Assembly: GCA_964501035.1 (NCBI GenBank)
Contig: CAZCRK010000001.1
Span: 1-64,000, forward strand
Length of the DNA stretch: 64,000 nucleotides
Reading direction: 5' to 3'
Within the stretch, counting starts at the first letter, position 1. Every line of letters starts with the position of its first letter. A program made the position numbers and the translations under genes. The notes beneath the pieces are model-generated. The model did not search any database, had not been told where the DNA came from, and saw only the letters and a list, made by a program, of their open reading frames with translations. Below are positions 38,382-49,210 of the stretch, one piece after another.

Positions 38382-39158
38382 CTACCCAGTTATATCTTCA
38401 CCACCATCAGCTCTAATTGTATTTCCTGTAAGCCATGTATTTTCAGATAATCCTAACAATGCAACAACCTTTGCAACATCTTTAGGTATAGTTAACCTTT
38501 CTGCAGGATTCACACTTAACGCATGTTCAATCATATCTTCATTACCTGGAATTTTTCGAAGTGCAGGTGTATCCGTTACACCAGCTTGAAGCGCATTTGA
38601 TGCAATTCCATGTTTGGAAAATTCAAATGCCAATTGTCTGCAATACGATTCTAAGGATGCTTTTGCAGCAGAAACAGCACCATATGCTTTCCATTGTCTA
38701 TGTCCACCAGAACTTGTCATTCCAAAAATTTGACTCCCTTTTTGAAGCAGTCCAGCAAAAAAGAGATCCTGCGCCCAATATACAATACTGCTAGCCATAA
38801 CATCTAGGGTCATTTCAATTTGTCGTTGTTGAAGGGATGTAGAAAGGTCATCACTTAAAACAGGTTTTAGAGCCCCAAATGCAAGAGAATGCATTAAAAT
38901 TTTAACACGTACATTTCCAATTGCGTTTAGCTCATCTATAACACTTGCACGTTTTTCAGCATCTGTTGCACTCATATTGTTAAAAATTACACGAACACCT
39001 TCATTTTCTAGCTCTACTTTTAATGCATCAATGCGTTCCTTTGCACCACGTCTATCGAGATGCACGCCATAAATATTGATACCTTTTTTGGCAAGTTCTC
39101 GTGCTGTTGCCTCTCCAAAACCACTTGATGATCCTAAGATTAATGCCCAATCAGACAT
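38382..39158 (-). CDS. SDR oxidoreductase, enoyl-ACP reductase (FabL-like)
   Basis: LILGSSSGFG, YGAVSAAK (Y-x6-K), TDTPAL, ADGGE. Confidence 0.8.
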   Translation of the reverse strand: MSDWALILGSSSGFGEATARELAKKGINIYGVHLDRRGAKERIDALKVELENEGVRVIFNNMSATDAEKRASVIDELNAIGNVRVKILMHSLAFGALKPVLSDDLSTSLQQRQIEMTLDVMASSIVYWAQDLFFAGLLQKGSQIFGMTSSGGHRQWKAYGAVSAAKASLESYCRQLAFEFSKHGIASNALQAGVTDTPALRKIPGNEDMIEHALSVNPAERLTIPKDVAKVVALLGLSENTWLTGNTIRADGGEDITG

Positions 39159-39226
39159 ATTTCCCCTTTCTGAAAAAAATTATTGTGTAAAATTTAAAAA
39201 ATGAATCTAGTGTGAAAATAAGAAAA

Positions 39227-41704
39227 TTATTTTTTTCGTTTAAATCGACGTTTCGTTGGTCCTTTTGCTCTTTTTTCTTCTATTAATTTCTTTGCTACTT
39301 CTAGAGTTACATCATCGTGTACAAGTGTTTTAGGAAGTGTAGCATTAATTTTTCCATCCGTTACATATGCACCATAACGACCATCTTTCAACTGAATATC
39401 ATCCCCAAGTTCTTTTAAAACAGATGTTCCTTTTTTCTTATCATTTTTTAATAAGATAATCGCCTGTTCTTCGGTTATTTCTAATAAATTTATATCATTG
39501 GGAATTGAACGCGTTTCTTTTCCACAACGAATGTATGGACCAAACTTCCCAATATCTTTCTTAATATCTTGCTCTTCCCAAACTCCTACGTTCGTTGGCA
39601 ATGCAATTAAAGCCAATGCAACTTCAGGCGTAACCTCACTTTCAGTCATTCCAGGTAAAAGAGATTTCATTTTTTTCCCAGATTGAACATAGGGCCCAAA
39701 CCTACCATTTTTCAACAAAATTGGTTCACCTGTTTCTTCAAACTCACCCATTTCAATAGGACCTGCTTCTTTTTTCTCAATTAGCTCTTTAATTGCACCA
39801 TTCATAATTTCACTGGGTGGGATTGCATCGTCAAGAGTTATTCGAGTACCCTCTTTATCAGCATAAATTCCATAACGTCCGATTCTTATTTCAGATGTTT
39901 TCCCATCGTCACAATTTACTGTCATGATTAATCGAGAAACATTTTTATCAAATTCTTGTTCTAATTTTTTTTCAAGTCCTTCGTATTGAGCGCTTCCAAA
40001 ATAGAAATTGTTTAAATACTCAACATAATCCACTTTTCCCAGTGAAATTTCATCTAATGAATCTTCCATATCCGATGTGTATTGCAAATTCACTAAATCT
40101 ATAAAATACTTCTCTAAAAATTGCACAACTGCATATCCTGTAAAAGTTGGAATCAATGTTCCTTTAACCCAGTTTACATATCCTTTATCCTGGATACGCT
40201 TCATAATACTTGCATAGGTAGATGGTCTGCCAATACCCAAAGCTTCCATTTCTTTTACAAGTGATGCTTCAGTGTATCGGGGCGCAGGTTTGGTAAAATG
40301 TTGTTTTTGTTCAAAGGCTGTTCCATCTAATGTTTGGCCATTGGAAAGAGGTGGTAATACAGACTCCATATTATCCAGTTGACTGTTTGGGTCATCTGAA
40401 CCTTCAACATATACTTTTAAAAACCCAGGAAACACAATAATTTTCCCGGTTGCTTCAAAAATATGTTTTCCGTCAGAAATTACTACTTTAGTTTTTTCAA
40501 GTTGTGCAGAACTCATTTGTGAAGCAAGTGTTCGTTTCCAAATTAAATTATAGAGTTTCCATTCATTATCAGTTAGAATTTCTTTTAGTGTTTCTGGATG
40601 TTTAAAAGTTGACCCAGCAGGCCGAATAGCTTCATGTGCTTCTTGTGCATTTTTTGCTTTACTTTTATATACCCTCGGAGATGCTGGCATAAATTTTTCA
40701 CCATACAATTCACCGATTGCTTTACGAGAAGCTACGGTTGCTTCATTGGACAAACTTACTGAATCTGTTCTCATATATGTAATATACCCGTTTTCATACA
40801 AACTTTGAGCGGTCCGCATTACAAGTTGTGGACCCATTCGCAACTTTCTTATTCCTTCTTGCTGCATTGTAGATGTAATAAAAGGAGGGTATGGATGTTG
40901 CTTTGTAGGTTTTTTTTCAAGTGAGTTAATAGTCCATTGCTTATCTAATAATTCTTCAGATAATTTCTGTGCAATTTCTTTATCTATAACCACGTTGTTT
41001 TTTCTACTTAACTCACCCGTAGTTTTATCAAACGCATTCCCAGCTGCAACTCGTTCATCATCAATATACGTAAGCTTTGCTAAAAAGGAGTTATCATTGT
41101 TGGCATTAAAGGTTCCTGTAATACTCCAATATTCACTCTGTTGGAACTTTGCACGTTCACGTTCTCTATCAACTAAAATTTTAACTGCTGGACTTTGAAC
41201 ACGGCCAGCAGACAATCCACCTTTAACATTAAACCACAAAGTTTCTGATACTTTAAAACCATACAATCTATCTAAAAATCGCCTAGCTTCCTGAGCATTC
41301 ACAAGAGACATGTCCATATCGCGAGTATGTTTAAAGGCATCTAAAATAGCTGTTTTCGTAATCTCATTAAAGACCAACCGCTTTATAGGAATTTTAGGTT
41401 TGAGCAGATCTACTAGATGCCATGCAATTGCCTCACCTTCACGATCTGGATCTGTTGCTAAATAGAGTTCATCCACTTTTTTTAACACAGATTTCAGATG
41501 AGTTACCACTTTTTTGCTATCCGATTGAACCACGTATGTGGGTTTAAAGTTATTATTAATATCGATACCTAAATCTTTTTTGGCAAGATCTCGAATATGT
41601 CCAACAGATGCTTCAATTTGATATCCGTCGCCTAAAAATTTCTTTAATGTTTTTATCTTTGAGGGTGACTCAACGATAACAAGTTTTGTATTTTTCGTAG
41701 CCAT
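39227..41704 (-). CDS. topA: DNA topoisomerase I with Topo_C repeats
   Basis: LVIVESPSK, ATDPDREGEAI, SAGRVQS, GYITYMRTDS, AQEAHEAIRP, GRPSTY; C-terminal GRYG/GRFGPY repeats instead of Zn ribbons; ATG at 41704. Confidence 0.97.
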   Translation of the reverse strand: MATKNTKLVIVESPSKIKTLKKFLGDGYQIEASVGHIRDLAKKDLGIDINNNFKPTYVVQSDSKKVVTHLKSVLKKVDELYLATDPDREGEAIAWHLVDLLKPKIPIKRLVFNEITKTAILDAFKHTRDMDMSLVNAQEARRFLDRLYGFKVSETLWFNVKGGLSAGRVQSPAVKILVDRERERAKFQQSEYWSITGTFNANNDNSFLAKLTYIDDERVAAGNAFDKTTGELSRKNNVVIDKEIAQKLSEELLDKQWTINSLEKKPTKQHPYPPFITSTMQQEGIRKLRMGPQLVMRTAQSLYENGYITYMRTDSVSLSNEATVASRKAIGELYGEKFMPASPRVYKSKAKNAQEAHEAIRPAGSTFKHPETLKEILTDNEWKLYNLIWKRTLASQMSSAQLEKTKVVISDGKHIFEATGKIIVFPGFLKVYVEGSDDPNSQLDNMESVLPPLSNGQTLDGTAFEQKQHFTKPAPRYTEASLVKEMEALGIGRPSTYASIMKRIQDKGYVNWVKGTLIPTFTGYAVVQFLEKYFIDLVNLQYTSDMEDSLDEISLGKVDYVEYLNNFYFGSAQYEGLEKKLEQEFDKNVSRLIMTVNCDDGKTSEIRIGRYGIYADKEGTRITLDDAIPPSEIMNGAIKELIEKKEAGPIEMGEFEETGEPILLKNGRFGPYVQSGKKMKSLLPGMTESEVTPEVALALIALPTNVGVWEEQDIKKDIGKFGPYIRCGKETRSIPNDINLLEITEEQAIILLKNDKKKGTSVLKELGDDIQLKDGRYGAYVTDGKINATLPKTLVHDDVTLEVAKKLIEEKRAKGPTKRRFKRKK

Positions 41705-41802
41705 ATTTTTTAATTTAATGCTAACTGATTCAAACAATGCAAAACAAATTATAAATTATTTTCAAATTGCTGCACATTTACTAAGCCGTGTAATTTGACC
41801 CC

Positions 41803-42600
41803 ATGGTTTTTACTGGGACAATTGAAAAAATGTGCACGAAATTAGATAATCCAGTGCAGTATGAATTACCTATTGATAATGAATGTATATCAATGAATGA
41901 TTTGATTGGAAAGTATATTGATTTTACATTTTTAGATGAAATTTATTGTATTGGGTGTGGTAGAAAAACATCTCGTTCATTTGCACAAGGGTATTGTTTC
42001 CCCTGTTTACAAAATGCACCTGAAACATCAGAGTGCATTTTACGCCCTGAACTTTGTCAAGCACATGAAGGAATCTCTCGGGACATGGAATGGGCAGAAC
42101 ACCATTGTTTGCAACCTCATTTTGTATATTTAGCAATTAGTAGCGGATTAAAAGTTGGGGTTACACGCAAAGACCAAATCCCAACCCGCTGGATAGACCA
42201 AGGTGCAAACTATGCAATAAAATTAGCAGAAACACCCAACAGATATACTGCTGGCCTCATAGAGGTAATACTAAAAAAAGTAGTTTCAGATAGAACCAAT
42301 TGGCAACGGATGTTAAAAAATCAAATTCCAGAAAATATTGATTTGGTTGCAGAAAAAATACGATTGATTGAATTTCTATCACCTGAATTGCAATATTATG
42401 TTTCAGCAGATGATACTATAGTTGATATTACTTATCCCGTAAATGAATTTCCCACAAAAGTGAAAAGTGTTGGGTTTGATAAATTAAATGAAATTTCTGG
42501 AAGATTGTGGGGAATTAAAGGGCAGTATTTAATGTTTGATGATGGTCGAGTATTAAATATCCGAAAACATAATGGGTATAATGTTACGTTTGAATGTTAA
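41803..42600 (+). CDS. DUF2797 family protein
   Basis: CIGCGRKT..SFAQGYCFPC, HFVYLA, KVGVTR, TRWIDQGA, GIKGQYL. Confidence 0.85.
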   Translation: MVFTGTIEKMCTKLDNPVQYELPIDNECISMNDLIGKYIDFTFLDEIYCIGCGRKTSRSFAQGYCFPCLQNAPETSECILRPELCQAHEGISRDMEWAEHHCLQPHFVYLAISSGLKVGVTRKDQIPTRWIDQGANYAIKLAETPNRYTAGLIEVILKKVVSDRTNWQRMLKNQIPENIDLVAEKIRLIEFLSPELQYYVSADDTIVDITYPVNEFPTKVKSVGFDKLNEISGRLWGIKGQYLMFDDGRVLNIRKHNGYNVTFEC

Positions 42601-42606
42601 AAGTAT

Positions 42607-43494
42607 ATGAAAATTTTAGTTTCTAAATTACCTAAAAATCCATGGTGGGGTTTTGGAACACCCTCCTATGAAAACAATCCAGCTATGAAAGAAGGGGTTG
42701 TTCCAAATCAAACAATAGCACAAATGGAAATTGCCAATTTTCACAAAACCCTACTTTCTCTTCCTGTTTCTGTTGATATAATTGAATTTCCACATTCATT
42801 AGATGGAAATACAAAAGAAACTCAAAAACATGATTTTGTTTTTTTGAGAGATTTATTTATCAGCAATCAAAATGGTGATATTGTCATTTCTAATTTTCGT
42901 GAAACGGAACGGCAAATAGAAGCAGAAATCATGGGCGATTTTTTATCTAATTTAGATGTTAAAATTCATCGATTACCTCAAAAATCAACTTGTTTTGCCG
43001 AAGGAGGTGAGTTTTATTTTGCGCCAAATGAATCAATTTTGTTTAGCGGTTTAAGCAGAAATAGTTTATATGGTGTAGAAAAGACATCCGAATCTTTAAA
43101 TGTAAAAGAAATGGTATTAATTGAATCAAAGTCATTTCATCTCGATACGATTTTCACCCCATTGTTAGATGCTGATTCAAATCTATGTGGACTCATTGTA
43201 TGCTTAGATTTAATTACTAAACAATCGGCTAATAATTTGAAAAATATTGCATTAAAACTTAACATTCCTTTAATTGAAATTAATCCATCAGATGCTATTG
43301 GTTTAAACAATAAATTAGGAAAATTTTCTGTTAATTGCTTACCAATTCCAGGTCAATTGATAGGTCCAGCACCCTTTTCAACACATGGGGTAATGCAACA
43401 AATTACAAATCTTGAAATACAACACCATATGGTTGAATTATCCCAGTTTAGATTAAGCGGTGGAGCAGTGCATTGTTTGACCAACGAACTCTAA
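42607..43494 (+). CDS. Amidinotransferase / dimethylarginine dimethylaminohydrolase superfamily protein
   Basis: DFVFLRD, EGGE, FHLDT, C-terminal GGAVHCLT (catalytic Cys). Confidence 0.8.
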   Translation: MKILVSKLPKNPWWGFGTPSYENNPAMKEGVVPNQTIAQMEIANFHKTLLSLPVSVDIIEFPHSLDGNTKETQKHDFVFLRDLFISNQNGDIVISNFRETERQIEAEIMGDFLSNLDVKIHRLPQKSTCFAEGGEFYFAPNESILFSGLSRNSLYGVEKTSESLNVKEMVLIESKSFHLDTIFTPLLDADSNLCGLIVCLDLITKQSANNLKNIALKLNIPLIEINPSDAIGLNNKLGKFSVNCLPIPGQLIGPAPFSTHGVMQQITNLEIQHHMVELSQFRLSGGAVHCLTNEL

Positions 43495-43521
43495 GATTAG
43501 ATATATCTCAAGAAATTACAA

Positions 43522-45066
43522 TTATTTTTTAAAGACAATTTCGCCATTTACAATAGTATATAATATTTCAGTAGTTAAGATTTCTTGCTCTTTACACTGG
43601 GTAATATCATTAGACAGGATAGTAAAATCTCCATCAAACTTATTTTTGATTTTTCCACGCTTGTTTTCTGCAAATTCACCATAAGCTGCCCATGTTGTAA
43701 ACATTTTTAATGCGTTAATTCGAGAAACTTTTTCGTGTGCTTGCCATCCTTCTTTTGGGAGTCCTTCGTGGTTTTTACGGGTAACTGCAGAATAAAATTC
43801 AAATAAAGGATTGCCATCTTCAACAGGGCAGTCTGATCCCCCGGGGATTTTCACCCCTTGTTGTATCAATGTATTCCAACGAGATATTTCATTCAATCTA
43901 TGCTTCCCAATTCGTTTTTCGATCCACGGCATATCACTTGTACAATGTGTTGGTTGCATTGCCGGTAAAATACCATATTTACTAAACTTACCAATATCAT
44001 CATCATGTACCATTTGAGCATGTTCAATACGCCATCTATGGTTATGTAAATTCTGTAAAACATCAGCGTATATATCTAACACCAACCGATTTGTTCTGTT
44101 GCCAATTGCATGTGTGCAAAGTTGGAATCCAGCATTTTTACAACGGTTTGCAAACTCAGTAAATTCATCCGCAGTTTGAAGAATCAGCCCAGAGTTATTG
44201 GAATCATCACAATAAGGGTCTAATAAAGCTGCTCCTCTACTTCCGAGCGCACCATCCATAAAAATTTTTACGGAACGGATTGTATGAAATTCAGAAGCAA
44301 AAGGCCCCTTATCAAAATATTTTTTGAGTAAAGTATCATCGTTGTTTGCCAACATGCCATATACTCGAAGAGGTAATTCATTTTTCTGTATTAATGATGT
44401 AAGTCCACGTATAATATCTGCATCTTGCCATGCATCATGAACATTTGTTATGCCCATTGATACTAATTTTTGTGATGCAATACGAATCCATCGTTGGATA
44501 TCAACATTCGAATCTTTAGGAATAATTTTACTGATGGGGTTCATAGCATTATCAATTAAAATACAACTATTTATAATCTCTCCACCATTTGGACAATTAT
44601 CATCATTCAGTCCCGCCAATGTTAAGGCAAGATTATTGACCCAGGCGGAATGCCCATCAACCCGTGTCAAAAAAACAGGATGATTGGGGGCAATTTTGTT
44701 TAATATATCTTGTCTTGGGAATGATGAATTATTCCACGTGGCTTGATTCCATCCAAATCCCTGAATCCACGTTCCTTTGGGTTGTTTTTTACATTGTTCC
44801 GCAACTAAATCTGCAATTTCATCAGCAGAACGAGCATCCTTTAACTGTAATAACTCCATTCGTTTACCCATATTGGTTAGGTGCATATGTGCATCCACAA
44901 AACCAGGAATTACGGTGGCACCTTTGCAATCAATTGTAAAGGAAGATTTATCAACACTGTTTATAGCATCAATTTTTCCGTTTTTAACAGATACAGATTG
45001 CGCAACTGGGCAAGCACTATCCAATGTAATTATATGTGCGTTTATAAGATTTATTGATTGGCTCAT
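43522..45066 (-). CDS. Amidohydrolase (Amidohydro_3, YtcJ-like)
   Basis: PGFVDAHMH, RVDGH, KIFMDGALGSRGA, THAIG, RIEHAQ, GSD. Confidence 0.9.
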   Translation of the reverse strand: MSQSINLINAHIITLDSACPVAQSVSVKNGKIDAINSVDKSSFTIDCKGATVIPGFVDAHMHLTNMGKRMELLQLKDARSADEIADLVAEQCKKQPKGTWIQGFGWNQATWNNSSFPRQDILNKIAPNHPVFLTRVDGHSAWVNNLALTLAGLNDDNCPNGGEIINSCILIDNAMNPISKIIPKDSNVDIQRWIRIASQKLVSMGITNVHDAWQDADIIRGLTSLIQKNELPLRVYGMLANNDDTLLKKYFDKGPFASEFHTIRSVKIFMDGALGSRGAALLDPYCDDSNNSGLILQTADEFTEFANRCKNAGFQLCTHAIGNRTNRLVLDIYADVLQNLHNHRWRIEHAQMVHDDDIGKFSKYGILPAMQPTHCTSDMPWIEKRIGKHRLNEISRWNTLIQQGVKIPGGSDCPVEDGNPLFEFYSAVTRKNHEGLPKEGWQAHEKVSRINALKMFTTWAAYGEFAENKRGKIKNKFDGDFTILSNDITQCKEQEILTTEILYTIVNGEIVFKK

Positions 45067-45196
45067 ATTAAAATTTACTGGTGAATCACCGAAATCTAAA
45101 ATTAATACCGAAAATTTATTAACTTCTATTCGTAATCAGGGGTAATCGTATTAAATTTGCCCTCTGTCTAATAAAATAAAAAGGGAAATAACTTTC

Positions 45197-46669
45197 ATGG
45201 GAAAAGGCGTAACACCAAAAAGTCAAGATTATTCAAAATGGTACACAGATGTAATCACACATGCTGAATTAGCAGACTATGGTCCGGTAAAAGGAACAAT
45301 GGTTATTCGTCCATATGGACATGGAATTTGGGAAAATATTCGTGACGCATTTGATAAGAGGTTTAAAGAAACAGGACATGTAAATGCCTATTTTCCATTG
45401 TTTATTCCTAAATCATTCTTATCCAAAGAAGCAGAACATGTTGAAGGATTTGCCAAAGAATGTGCTGTCGTAACACATTCACGACTAAAAGCAACTGATG
45501 ATGGGACTGGTGTTGAGGTGGATCCAACGTCTAAACTTGAAGAAGAAATAATTGTTAGGCCAACTAGTGAAACGGTGATTTGGTCTATGTACAAAAAATG
45601 GATTAACTCATATCGAGATTTACCATTACTTATCAATCAATGGGCAAATGTTGTTAGATGGGAAATGCGAACACGTTTGTTTCTTAGAACGAGTGAATTT
45701 TTATGGCAAGAAGGTCATACAGCACATGCTACCAAAGAGGAGGCATTGGAAGAAACCAGAAAAATTCTCGAAGTATATCGTGAAGTTGTCGAAGATGTAT
45801 TAGGTGTACCCGTGTTAACCGGGCGAAAATCTGAATCTGAAAAATTTGCAGGTGCAGTTGAAACTCTTTGTATTGAAGCATTGATGGGTGATAAGCGTGC
45901 TTTACAAGCAGGAACATCCCATTATTTAGGACAAAATTTTGCCAAAGCATTTGATGTGAAATTCCAAACTGAAAACAATAATGAAGAATATGTGTATGCT
46001 ACAAGTTGGGGTGTAAGCACTCGACTTGTGGGTGCTCTTATTATGGTACATGGTGATGACAAAGGACTTAGACTACCGCCTAAAGTTGCATCTATTCAAG
46101 TTGTTGTTATTCCAATTGCCCGTGATGACGAAACTCTCGCATCTATTAACAATTATATTGACCCTTTGATTTCAGAATTACGCACAAAAAATATTAGAGT
46201 ACATATAGATAGCCGTAAAAAAATGTCTCCAGGGTTTAAATTTAATGAATGGGAAATGAAAGGTGTACCTATTCGAATTGAAGTTGGACCACGAGATATG
46301 CAAAACAAACAAATTTTTACTGCTCGAAGAGATACGGGTGAAAAATTTGGAATTGATATGGATGCTGCATCCGAAAAAATTCCTTCTTTGTTGGATGAAA
46401 TTCAGGGAAACATGTTTGAACAAGCACTAACATTTAGAGAAGAAAACACATTTGTGGCTTCAAATTATGAAGACTTTAAAACGAAAGTAATGAACGGTGG
46501 GTTTGTTAAATGTGGGTGGGATGGTTTGTCAGAAACTGAAGATGCAATCAAAAAGGATACTAAGGCGACCATACGTTGTATTCCATTTGATGAAAACCCA
46601 ACCAACTTAAAATGTATTTATTCTGGTAAACCAGCAAAGCATGAAGTTGTTTTTGCAAAAGCATATTAA
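45197..46669 (+). CDS. proS: Proline-tRNA ligase (archaeal/eukaryote type)
   Basis: [45 protein letters not shown], terminal FAKAY. Confidence 0.97.
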   Translation: MGKGVTPKSQDYSKWYTDVITHAELADYGPVKGTMVIRPYGHGIWENIRDAFDKRFKETGHVNAYFPLFIPKSFLSKEAEHVEGFAKECAVVTHSRLKATDDGTGVEVDPTSKLEEEIIVRPTSETVIWSMYKKWINSYRDLPLLINQWANVVRWEMRTRLFLRTSEFLWQEGHTAHATKEEALEETRKILEVYREVVEDVLGVPVLTGRKSESEKFAGAVETLCIEALMGDKRALQAGTSHYLGQNFAKAFDVKFQTENNNEEYVYATSWGVSTRLVGALIMVHGDDKGLRLPPKVASIQVVVIPIARDDETLASINNYIDPLISELRTKNIRVHIDSRKKMSPGFKFNEWEMKGVPIRIEVGPRDMQNKQIFTARRDTGEKFGIDMDAASEKIPSLLDEIQGNMFEQALTFREENTFVASNYEDFKTKVMNGGFVKCGWDGLSETEDAIKKDTKATIRCIPFDENPTNLKCIYSGKPAKHEVVFAKAY

Positions 46670-46687
46670 TTTACATATTTAATTTGA

Positions 46688-47431
46688 ATGATTAAAACTT
46701 CTGAAGCAATCACACTCAGATTAATTCCATATAGTGAAACGAGTTTGATTTCTCGGGTTTATACAAAAGAACAGGGCAAAGTGTCCTTGATGGCCAAAGG
46801 TGCACGGCGTAGTAAAACTGGTTTAACGGCAATATTAGAACCTGCTAGTTTAATTTCAACTACTTATTTTCACAAAGACAATCGGAGCATGCAAACCATT
46901 AAAGAGGCTTGTTTTATTGAACGTTTTTCATCAATGAAAAATAATTTTACAGCACTTAACTATGGATTAGCAGTTGTGGAGATTTTAGATAAAACCAGTC
47001 ATGACAATGACCCGGTTCCTATATTGTTTAGATTAATAAATAGTGTATTAGCACACTTGGATATTGACTCAACCAATAAAGATAATATTTTTGGTTTTTT
47101 TTTGTATCAATTCGCATTAAGGCAAGGATTTAAACCAGAAATAAAAGTATGTTCTAATTGCAATGCACCATTTCATATTGCTTCTTTTGATAATAGAAGC
47201 GGTGAACTATCTTGTAATAATTGCAATAGACAATCACAATTAAGATTAGAAAATGATGCACTTCGCCTTTTATCTGAATGGAGTTGCAAACATTTAAAAG
47301 AGGTTTCTCAACAAAAGACTGAAACAAAACCAATGAAGCAAAGTTTACAATTCCTTATTATGTTTTTAAAATATCATATTGAAGGGATGCAACATATTAA
47401 ATCATTAAATACTTTGGAGATTTGTCAATGA
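46688..47431 (+). CDS. recO: DNA repair protein RecO
   Basis: YSETSLI, GKVSLMAKGARRSK, Zn finger CSNC...CNNC. Confidence 0.9.
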   Translation: MIKTSEAITLRLIPYSETSLISRVYTKEQGKVSLMAKGARRSKTGLTAILEPASLISTTYFHKDNRSMQTIKEACFIERFSSMKNNFTALNYGLAVVEILDKTSHDNDPVPILFRLINSVLAHLDIDSTNKDNIFGFFLYQFALRQGFKPEIKVCSNCNAPFHIASFDNRSGELSCNNCNRQSQLRLENDALRLLSEWSCKHLKEVSQQKTETKPMKQSLQFLIMFLKYHIEGMQHIKSLNTLEICQ

Positions 47432-48189
47432 ACCATACAGCACAATTTGATCCCAACAACTATGAATTTAATCCTGAAAGTAAAAAAGGGGTCTATATTA
47501 TTCATGGTTTCTCAAGCACCACTTACGAGATTAAAGCCCTTGCAGAATTTCTAGCAGAAGCGGGTTTTCATGTAAAAGCTGATAATCTGCCTGGCCATGG
47601 GACTACAGTTGATGATTGTAATAGTACAAAATTTACCGATTGGTTATCTCATGTTGATCAAGGAGTAGCAGAGTTGTCTTCTTCATGTGATGCGGTGTAT
47701 GTGATTGGAATTAGTATGGGTGGGGTGCTTGCTCTTCACTTAGCAAGTATGTTTCCATTAAATGGAGTTGTGGTTGCGGCCACAGTATTAAAATTTAAAA
47801 AAGAGTTTATGACTCGAGTCGTAAACAAACTTTTACATAGATTTTTTCCAAAATTGGATAAAGCAAAAATATATGATTCAAAAGATTTAGTAAACATGAA
47901 GTTTTATGGATACAATCAATACCCTATGATAGCTTTAAATGAAATGCGCAAGATGACGAATAGGGTACGAAAAGAATTACCAAAAGTGACCGCACCAATT
48001 TTAATAATTCATACCATGATTGATAAAACTTCTATCTACGAAAATGTTGAAATTATTAAAAACAATATTAATTCTAAAGACACACAAGAGTTAATAGTAC
48101 ATAAAGCTGAGCATAGTTTGTTTGATACAAATGAAGATCAGAAGCAAATATTCAACGAAACATTAGATTTTCTTAATAGCCATTCATGA
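47428..48189 (+). CDS. Alpha/beta-hydrolase carboxylesterase
   Basis: IHGF, LPGHG, GISMGG nucleophile elbow; ATG overlaps the recO stop (ATGA). Confidence 0.88.
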   Translation: MNHTAQFDPNNYEFNPESKKGVYIIHGFSSTTYEIKALAEFLAEAGFHVKADNLPGHGTTVDDCNSTKFTDWLSHVDQGVAELSSSCDAVYVIGISMGGVLALHLASMFPLNGVVVAATVLKFKKEFMTRVVNKLLHRFFPKLDKAKIYDSKDLVNMKFYGYNQYPMIALNEMRKMTNRVRKELPKVTAPILIIHTMIDKTSIYENVEIIKNNINSKDTQELIVHKAEHSLFDTNEDQKQIFNETLDFLNSHS

Positions 48190-49022
48190 GATATCAATAT
48201 ACTAGTCCAGGGTATAGAAGAAGCTTCCAGTCAAATTACTCTACTCCAAACGGAGTAAAATATCTTATACTTATCAATATTATAGTGTTTGTTTTGGTTG
48301 AAATATCCGGAGCTAAATACAGTTATTTTTTCCAACAGTTTGGACTTGTCCCCCAAAAAGTGTTGACTGAATCAGCAATTTGGCAACCATTTACGTATCT
48401 TTTTTTGCATGGTGGATTTGTTCATATCTTGTTTAATATGTTTGTTCTTTGGATGTTTGGGAAAGATTTAGAAAGAGTATGGGGACAAACAGAGTTTTTC
48501 AAATACTATTTTATTTCGGGCTTTGGAGCTGGATTAGTTACCATTTTGTTTTCATCAAACTCACACGTACCCATTGTAGGAGCAAGCGGTGCAATTTATG
48601 GTTTATTACTTGCTTACGGTTTAATGTATCCCAATCGATTGGTTTATTTATATGGAATTTTTCCAATTAAAGTAAAATTTATGGTTGCTGCCTTAGCTCT
48701 CATAGCATTTTTTGCATCATTGTCTCCAGAGCAAAGCACTATAAGTCATTTAACTCATCTCTCAGGAATGGGTATTGGTTTTTTATATTTACGTTCCGGG
48801 ACACTCAAAAAAAGATTGCGATTGGTTCATCTAGAAAAAGAAATTAAAAAGGAACAATCTAGTATGAAAAATAAACGGAATATGGATGTTGAGTTTAGAA
48901 AAAAAGTAGATTCTGTCTTAGAAAAACTTAATGAAACAAGTTGGGAAGAATTAACCAAAGAAGAACAACATATTTTGCAAGAAGCCAGTCAACGATTTCA
49001 CCAAAACAGACCTCCGAATTAA
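48186..49022 (+). CDS. Rhomboid intramembrane serine protease
   Basis: WQPFTYLFLH, HILFNM, GASG, HLSG. Confidence 0.92.
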   Translation: MRYQYTSPGYRRSFQSNYSTPNGVKYLILINIIVFVLVEISGAKYSYFFQQFGLVPQKVLTESAIWQPFTYLFLHGGFVHILFNMFVLWMFGKDLERVWGQTEFFKYYFISGFGAGLVTILFSSNSHVPIVGASGAIYGLLLAYGLMYPNRLVYLYGIFPIKVKFMVAALALIAFFASLSPEQSTISHLTHLSGMGIGFLYLRSGTLKKRLRLVHLEKEIKKEQSSMKNKRNMDVEFRKKVDSVLEKLNETSWEELTKEEQHILQEASQRFHQNRPPN

Positions 49023-49210
49023 GTAGGAAATGTTAAAAGTGGAAAGTAACAAAGGTAACAATTGTTCCATATATCAACATTTAAGTGGATCTTCTTATAT
49101 TAGAGGAGATTAAAAAACAACTCGAGTTTTATGGTTGAAAAAGAATATTTATCCTGCCCCTCAGGGTAGGGTTTACACATATGTAAAACGTGGGTTTTAG
49201 CTCAACAGTT

